Below, in pieces: positions 58,813 to 64,000 of a stretch of DNA of 64,000 bases. Below the pieces are notes generated by a model. The model did not search any database and was not told the DNA's origin. It worked only from the letters and a program-made list of their open reading frames with translations. The DNA lies in the NCBI GenBank assembly GCA_964448305.1, contig CAYUWB010000001.1, forward strand, positions 11,704-75,703. The letters run 5' to 3'. A program made the translations under genes and the position numbers. Position 1 is the first letter of the stretch. Each line of letters begins with the position of its first letter. The stretch comes from an uncultured Candidatus Ruthturnera sp. (GTDB taxonomy: Bacteria; Pseudomonadota; Gammaproteobacteria; PS1; Pseudothioglobaceae).

Positions 58813-60273
58813 TTACTGGTGATAATTTGGCGCTTCTTTAGTAATACTAACATCATGTACGTGTGACTCAACCATGCCCGCAGAAGTAACTTGAACAAAT
58901 GCAGCATCAGTGCGCATCTTGTCTAGTGTTTCACAGCCTGTATAGCCCATTGATGATCTAACACCGCCCACCATTTGGTGAATGATAGGGCGGATAGAGC
59001 CCTTGAATGGTACGCGACCCTCAATACCTTCAGGTACGAGTTTATCTGCTTTAGAATCTGATTGGAAATAACGATCAGATGAGCCATGTGCTTGATTCAT
59101 AGCACCAATAGAACCCATACCACGGTAAGACTTATAAGCACGACCTTGATAAAGTTCAACCTCGCCTGGAGACTCTTCTGTACCTGCTAGCATTGAGCCA
59201 AGCATGACACAATACGCACCGGCTGCAAAAGCTTTAGAAATATCACCCGAATAACGAATACCGCCATCAGCAATTAGCGGAACACCACTGCCTTTAAGCG
59301 CTTCAGCCACATCAGATATTGCTGTGATTTGGGGAACACCAACACCAGCAACAATACGCGTGGTACAAATACTACCTGGACCAATGCCAACTTTTACGCA
59401 ATCTGCACCTGCTTTAACCAGATCTAGTGCAGCTGCACCAGTGGCAATATTGCCGGCAATAATATTTAGATTTGGATGCTTAGCCTTGGTTTTTTTAACG
59501 CGATCTAGCACACCTTGTGAATGACCATGTGCTGTGTCAATAACCACAACATCTACACCAGCCTCAACCAATGCATCGATACGCTCGCCTGTGCCAGATG
59601 CCACGCCAACTGCCGCACCAACACGTAATTGCTCTTGTTCATCTTTACAAGCATTTGGAAAATCAGTTGATTTTTGAATGTCTCTAACGGTAATCATGCC
59701 TTGAAGATCAAACTTGTCATTGGTGATCACCACGCGTTCAATTCTGTGTTGGTGAAGCAACGCTCTTACTTCACTCATATCAGTACCTTCAACAACGGTA
59801 ATCAATTTGTCTTGTGATGTCATTAGATTTTCAACCAACTCATCTAGGCGAGTTTCAAATCGTACATCACGGCCAGTAATCATGCCAATAATAGTGTTGC
59901 CTTCAACCACAGGAAGGGCAGAGATTTTATGTTTTTGTTGCATGTCAAAAACATCTCTTACCGTTGCTTTTGGAGAAATGGTAATTGGCTCACGAATAAT
60001 GCCCGATTCAAAACGTTTAACCTTGCGAACTTCTTTTGCTTGTTCCTCAGTTGACATGTTTTTATGAATAATGCCAATACCACCTTCTTGCGCCATGGTG
60101 ATAGCCAGTTTGGCTTCAGTAACTGTATCCATCGCTGCGGATAAAATCGGTGTATTGAGTGTGATGTTTTTTGTTAGTTGTGTTTTTAAGCTAACTTCCT
60201 TTGGCATGGTGGTTGAGTGTGCTGGCACCAATAAAACATCATCAAAAGTTAATGCAGTTTTTAGTAAGTTCAT
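58813..60273 (-). CDS. guaB: IMP dehydrogenase
   Basis: [14 protein letters not shown], a CBS pair and the catalytic loop [11 protein letters not shown]. The ATG at 60273 follows AAGGAG. The ORF-track N-terminal extension was rejected. Confidence 0.95.
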   Translation of the reverse strand: MNLLKTALTFDDVLLVPAHSTTMPKEVSLKTQLTKNITLNTPILSAAMDTVTEAKLAITMAQEGGIGIIHKNMSTEEQAKEVRKVKRFESGIIREPITISPKATVRDVFDMQQKHKISALPVVEGNTIIGMITGRDVRFETRLDELVENLMTSQDKLITVVEGTDMSEVRALLHQHRIERVVITNDKFDLQGMITVRDIQKSTDFPNACKDEQEQLRVGAAVGVASGTGERIDALVEAGVDVVVIDTAHGHSQGVLDRVKKTKAKHPNLNIIAGNIATGAAALDLVKAGADCVKVGIGPGSICTTRIVAGVGVPQITAISDVAEALKGSGVPLIADGGIRYSGDISKAFAAGAYCVMLGSMLAGTEESPGEVELYQGRAYKSYRGMGSIGAMNQAHGSSDRYFQSDSKADKLVPEGIEGRVPFKGSIRPIIHQMVGGVRSSMGYTGCETLDKMRTDAAFVQVTSAGMVESHVHDVSITKEAPNYHQ

Positions 60274-60274
60274 T

Positions 60275-60931
60275 TTAAAATCTCCTTTGATTTGAGCGTT
60301 TTGGGAAGATAAAGCCCATGATAAATCCAAAAAATAAAACCAGCGCACCAACGATAAACCAGTTTCTAGAGCTAGACTCTTGACCGGCGATATTGTTGTT
60401 TTGCAATAATTGAATTTCAGTTTTTAGCTGCAGTGCTTCTGTTTTTAGTTTTTCGTTACTGTGTTCAAGTTTGAGCGCGTCTTTGTAAACCTGTTCAATG
60501 TGTTCTTTTTCAGCTTGTGATTTGCTTGTTTGAACAGAAAGCAGTGTGTTTTTAGTTTTTAATGCTTGGACTTGCGCCTCAAGCTCGGTGTTTCTTTTTT
60601 TCTGTTTTGTAATCAGTAGCTTATTGGCATTGTAAGTTTGCCTTAGTTTTTCAAGCTGTGCTTGTGCAGGGGGCTTAGAAGTTAAATAACGAGAGATCAT
60701 CCAGCCAATGGTTTTTTCATACTTGACTTTAGTCCAGCCATTTTCAGTAGATAATATTTCTAATTTAGTGCCTGAAGGTAGCATTTTTAGTAGATTAGGC
60801 GGGTTCCTTTCAATCTTGTTGCTTGATCGCATTGGAATATCTACTGTGTCAGTAACATACACATACGACTGTGCATTCGCCAACGAATGCGTTAATAATA
60901 GTGAAATAAATAAAATTTTACTTAATTTCAT
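60275..60931 (-). CDS. SH3-domain envelope protein (YgiM-like: signal peptide, SH3, coiled coil, C-terminal TM)
   Basis: Signal peptide [22 protein letters not shown]3b-like segment [25 protein letters not shown], a long coiled coil, and the TM helix [19 protein letters not shown]. Confidence 0.7.
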   Translation of the reverse strand: MKLSKILFISLLLTHSLANAQSYVYVTDTVDIPMRSSNKIERNPPNLLKMLPSGTKLEILSTENGWTKVKYEKTIGWMISRYLTSKPPAQAQLEKLRQTYNANKLLITKQKKRNTELEAQVQALKTKNTLLSVQTSKSQAEKEHIEQVYKDALKLEHSNEKLKTEALQLKTEIQLLQNNNIAGQESSSRNWFIVGALVLFFGFIMGFIFPKRSNQRRF

Positions 60932-63675
60932 AATTTGGCTATTTTCTCCAATTGTGTGGACAAATCAGCAATAGCGTTTTCAACTGATGCCAGCTTTTCT
61001 TTTTCTTTATTAACAACCGCTTCAGGTGCACCACTGACAAATTTCTCGTTGTTAAGCTTACCCGCAAATTGTGCTCTTTGTTTGTTTAATTTTTCAATTT
61101 CTTTGTTGAGTCGAGCTGCCTCTTGGTCTTTGTCAATAAGGCCGGCTAATGGAATCAATACTTTCATATCGCCAACCAGTGCTGTGGCTGACTCTGGCGC
61201 TTCATCATTAGCACTAAGCTGGTTAATGCTTTCTAGCTTGGCCAAGCTGCTTAATATTTGCGTATGCGTACTTAGACAGTGTTGATCGCTGTCACTGATA
61301 TTTTGCACAAAACAAGGCAGCGGCTTAGAAGGTGGAATATTCATTTCACCGCGAATTTGACGAACACCTAGAATAAAGCTTTGCAGCCATTGCACTTCTT
61401 CTTCAGCTTGAGCAGAAACTAGGTCTTTTTCTATCAATGGATAGGCTTGCGTCATTAAACTTTCGTTATTGGTATTTGTTAGTGTGCAGCACTGCTCATA
61501 CACTTCTTCAGTAATAAACGGAATAACAGGGTGTAACAAAGTCAAAATCTCGTTTAATACTTTAAGTAAAGTCGCCTGAGTGCCGGCTTTGGTTGCATCA
61601 TCTGCTAGTAATGGCTTGGATAATTCTAAGTACCAATCGCAGTAATCGTGCCATACAAACTCGTATAGTTCTTGGCTCATTAAGTCAAGGCGATAATCTT
61701 TTAAGTGTTTTTCAACATTGGTTTTAGTCGCTTGTAAGCGTGACAGAATCCACGCATCTGAAGTAGATAAACCAGCATCGGTGTCAATGTTTGCACCTTC
61801 AAGTTTCATTAATACAAAACGAGAAGCATTCCACAACTTGTTACAGAAATTACGATAACCTTCAACACGTTTTAAATCAAACTTAATATCACGACCAAAC
61901 GAGGCTAACGCTGCAAAGGTAAATCTAAGTGCATCAGTACCAAAAGCAGGGATGCCATCTGGAAATTCACCTTGGGTTTGTTTTTTGATTTTTTCAGCCA
62001 TTTTTGGCTGCATCATGCCTTGCGTTCTTTTAACCAGCAGGTCATCCAAACTAATGCCATCAATCAAATCAATCGGGTCTAAGACGTTACCTTTAGATTT
62101 GGACATTTTTTGCCCTTGCCCATCTTTAATTAATCCGGTGATGTAAATATCTTTAAATGGTACATCGCCTGCGAATTTTAGCCCGAACATAATCATACGA
62201 GCTACCCAGAAAAAGATAATGTCAAAACCAGTTACCAAAACATCGGTTGGGTAAAAGCGCGATAATTGTGGTGTTTGCTCTGGCCAGCCCAGTGTTGAAA
62301 ATGGCCATAATGCAGAAGAGAACCAAGTATCTAACACATCGTCATCTTGTTTGAGTGTCACACCTTCGCCAGCTTGTGCTTGTGCTTCTTCTAATGAATC
62401 TGCCACATAGACATTGCCTTTGTCGTCATACCAAGCAGGAATACGATGACCCCACCAAATTTGACGAGAAATACACCAGTCTTGAATGTTGTCCATCCAA
62501 TTAAAATAAGTTTTATTCCAATTGTTTGGGATAAAGCGAATATCACCATTTTTAACCGCGTCAATGGCAGGCTCAGCGAGTGGCGCAATCTTAACAAACC
62601 ATTGGTCAGTCATATAAGGTTCAATCACAGCATTGGTTCTATCGCCACGTGGCACCATTAAAGTATGCGGTTCAATTTTCTCTATCAAGCCTTGCTCATC
62701 TAGATCTTTAACCATTTGCTTACGTGCATCAAATCGGTCCATGCCGACATAAGCACTTTTTACGGTATCGTTAATTTTGGCATCATCAGTTAGAATGTTG
62801 ATGATATCTAAATCATGACGTTGGCCCATTTCATAGTCATTAAAGTCATGAGCAGGGGTGATTTTTACACAACCCGTACCAAATGCCATGTCGACATAAT
62901 CATCGGCAATGATGGTTATTTTTCGATCAGTGAGTGGCAGGTCAATGGTTTTACCAATCAGATGTGTGTAGCGTTCATCCTCAGGATGTATGGCAACCGC
63001 ACTATCGCCGAGCATGGTTTCAGGGCGCGTGGTAGCCACCACCATAAATTCATCAGTACCCGTAATCGGGTAGCGCATATGCCACAAAGAGCCTTGCTCT
63101 TCTGTGCTGATCACTTCAAGGTCAGATACAGCTGTGTGTAGTACAGGATCCCAGTTAACCAATCGTTTGCCACGATAGATTAAACCTTCGTTGTAAAGCT
63201 GAATAAAAACTTTATGTACCGCATCTGAGAGGCCGTCATCCATGGTGAAGCGCTCTCTTTCCCAGTCAACCGAAGCACCAAGACGACGCATTTGTGAGGT
63301 AATGGTGCCACCAGAGTGTTCTTTCCAGTCCCAAATTTTTTCAATAAATTTTTCACGACCAACATCATGACGGGTGATGTCTTGCGCGGCAAGTTGGCGT
63401 TCAACCACCATTTGTGTGGCAATGCCCGCATGGTCTGTACCTGGTTGCCAAAGGGTTTGATCGCCTTTGCCACGATGGTAACGAGTTAACACATCCATAA
63501 TCGTATGCTGAAAAGCATGACCCATGTGTAAGCTACCCGTCACGTTCGGTGGCGGCAGCATAATGCAATAGGCGTTTTCGCTAGTGGCGTTTGAATCGGA
63601 AGAGAATAGATTTTTATCTTCCCAAAGTGAGCGGTATTTCGCCTCAATTTGTTCGGGATTATAGGTCTTTTCCAT
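60928..63675 (-). CDS. valS: Valine--tRNA ligase
   Basis: [11 protein letters not shown]..., [13 protein letters not shown] (HIGH), KMSKSKGN (KMSKS) and a C-terminal coiled coil. The ATG at 63675 was chosen by homology to the E. coli N-terminus. Confidence 0.95.
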   Translation of the reverse strand: MEKTYNPEQIEAKYRSLWEDKNLFSSDSNATSENAYCIMLPPPNVTGSLHMGHAFQHTIMDVLTRYHRGKGDQTLWQPGTDHAGIATQMVVERQLAAQDITRHDVGREKFIEKIWDWKEHSGGTITSQMRRLGASVDWERERFTMDDGLSDAVHKVFIQLYNEGLIYRGKRLVNWDPVLHTAVSDLEVISTEEQGSLWHMRYPITGTDEFMVVATTRPETMLGDSAVAIHPEDERYTHLIGKTIDLPLTDRKITIIADDYVDMAFGTGCVKITPAHDFNDYEMGQRHDLDIINILTDDAKINDTVKSAYVGMDRFDARKQMVKDLDEQGLIEKIEPHTLMVPRGDRTNAVIEPYMTDQWFVKIAPLAEPAIDAVKNGDIRFIPNNWNKTYFNWMDNIQDWCISRQIWWGHRIPAWYDDKGNVYVADSLEEAQAQAGEGVTLKQDDDVLDTWFSSALWPFSTLGWPEQTPQLSRFYPTDVLVTGFDIIFFWVARMIMFGLKFAGDVPFKDIYITGLIKDGQGQKMSKSKGNVLDPIDLIDGISLDDLLVKRTQGMMQPKMAEKIKKQTQGEFPDGIPAFGTDALRFTFAALASFGRDIKFDLKRVEGYRNFCNKLWNASRFVLMKLEGANIDTDAGLSTSDAWILSRLQATKTNVEKHLKDYRLDLMSQELYEFVWHDYCDWYLELSKPLLADDATKAGTQATLLKVLNEILTLLHPVIPFITEEVYEQCCTLTNTNNESLMTQAYPLIEKDLVSAQAEEEVQWLQSFILGVRQIRGEMNIPPSKPLPCFVQNISDSDQHCLSTHTQILSSLAKLESINQLSANDEAPESATALVGDMKVLIPLAGLIDKDQEAARLNKEIEKLNKQRAQFAGKLNNEKFVSGAPEAVVNKEKEKLASVENAIADLSTQLEKIAKL

Positions 63676-63748
63676 TAGCGTATAAAGATGGATAAAACTG
63701 TGCAATTATACCAATAAAATTATCTAGCAAGTATAGAAATAAAATGCT

Positions 63749-64000
63749 TTAGCTATCAGGTTTTGGTGTGTTTTCAAAGTGAAAGAAATCATGATTTAAA
63801 TATTGCGCCACATCTTCTTCATCATTCGGCATCCAAAAAATACCTAGCGCACCAACACAGGTTGATATCTGCCATCTAATATCATCGAGCGATTGCATAG
63901 AAGTCCCGTCACTGATGGGCACTAAACTATTATCATGGCATTTTTGACATTCTTCGGTGTATAAAACTTCACCATCAATTAGGATTCTTTGGTCTATGTC
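63749..64000 (-). CDS. C-terminal part of a c-type cytochrome-like protein (runs off the right edge)
   Basis: The minus-strand frame is open from base 64000: DIDQRILIDGEVLYTEECQKCHDNSLV...FENTPKPDS* with the haem-binding motif CQKCH. Stop at 63749-63751. Confidence 0.45.
   Translation of the reverse strand, partial: DIDQRILIDGEVLYTEECQKCHDNSLVPISDGTSMQSLDDIRWQISTCVGALGIFWMPNDEEDVAQYLNHDFFHFENTPKPDS

Noticed and set aside
60274-60351. N-terminal extensions in the ORF track for guaB (to 60351), valS (to 63705), queE (from 8297), the YcfJ-like gene (from 17656), the RluA-family gene (from 45846) and the SOUL gene (from 15036)
   Set aside because: Homologous N-termini, SD positions, signal peptides or an overlap with a terminator hairpin all favour the internal start codons listed in the features.

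Overview
This 64-kb window comes from an AT-rich gammaproteobacterial chromosome. Single 60-nt lines hand-counted in core genes gave about 43% and 52% G+C. All protein assignments rest on motif and family recognition from the supplied translations; no database search was possible. The window is almost entirely core housekeeping genes, tightly packed and often with overlapping stop and start codons. From left to right:
- Tail of a [NiFe]-hydrogenase maturation locus: Rieske-like protein, HyaD/HupD-type endopeptidase, hypC.
- ygiQ, an aspartate aminotransferase, uvrB, queE, a signal-peptide-bearing Hsp20, a SulP transporter, aroC, an aldo-keto reductase.
- A markedly AT-rich islet at 13.7-17.0 kb: DUF3429-like protein, secreted Bcp peroxiredoxin, an orphan 69-aa gene, a membrane-anchored SOUL haem-binding protein and a YdjM-like hydrolase. 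It abuts tRNA-Arg(CCU).
- DsbA-like, YcfJ-like and Sel1 genes, pyrF, tRNA-Val(GAC), a secreted 9-repeat Sel1 protein, an ICMT-family methyltransferase, a ubiH-family hydroxylase, pdxH, aroE.
- A short RNase E with an NR/KP-repeat tail, a pteridine reductase, then the co-directional string MidA-like-uppP-pepN-pncC-dusA-ftsA-lpxC.
- ilvIHC, pssA, leuA-holD-like-queH, argF, argD, hpf, mgtE, a pseudouridine synthase, PMM/PGM, rseC, aceE, a HopJ-like protein, slyX, an EamA transporter, pnp, a RoxA-like oxygenase, a second YdjM-like protein, nhaA, guaB, a YgiM-like SH3 protein, valS, and a C-terminal cytochrome-c fragment at the right edge.

I found no transposase, integrase, CRISPR array, rRNA or recognisable defence or toxin system. 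The most notable observations are:
- ftsA sits 9 bp from lpxC, with ftsZ and ftsQ missing from their canonical slots.
- pepN has a conserved N-terminus with no ATG/GTG/TTG start. It most likely initiates at ATT, 7 nt after an AGGAG.
- The AT-rich haem/peroxide islet lies next to tRNA-Arg.
- A Rieske-like protein with degenerate ligand boxes sits in the hydrogenase maturation cluster.
- The Hsp20 carries a Sec signal peptide.
- Classical operons are widely scrambled: pnp without rpsO, aceE without aceF, leuA without leuBCD.

None of these amounts to a clearly novel multi-gene system, and much of the window is ordinary core genome.
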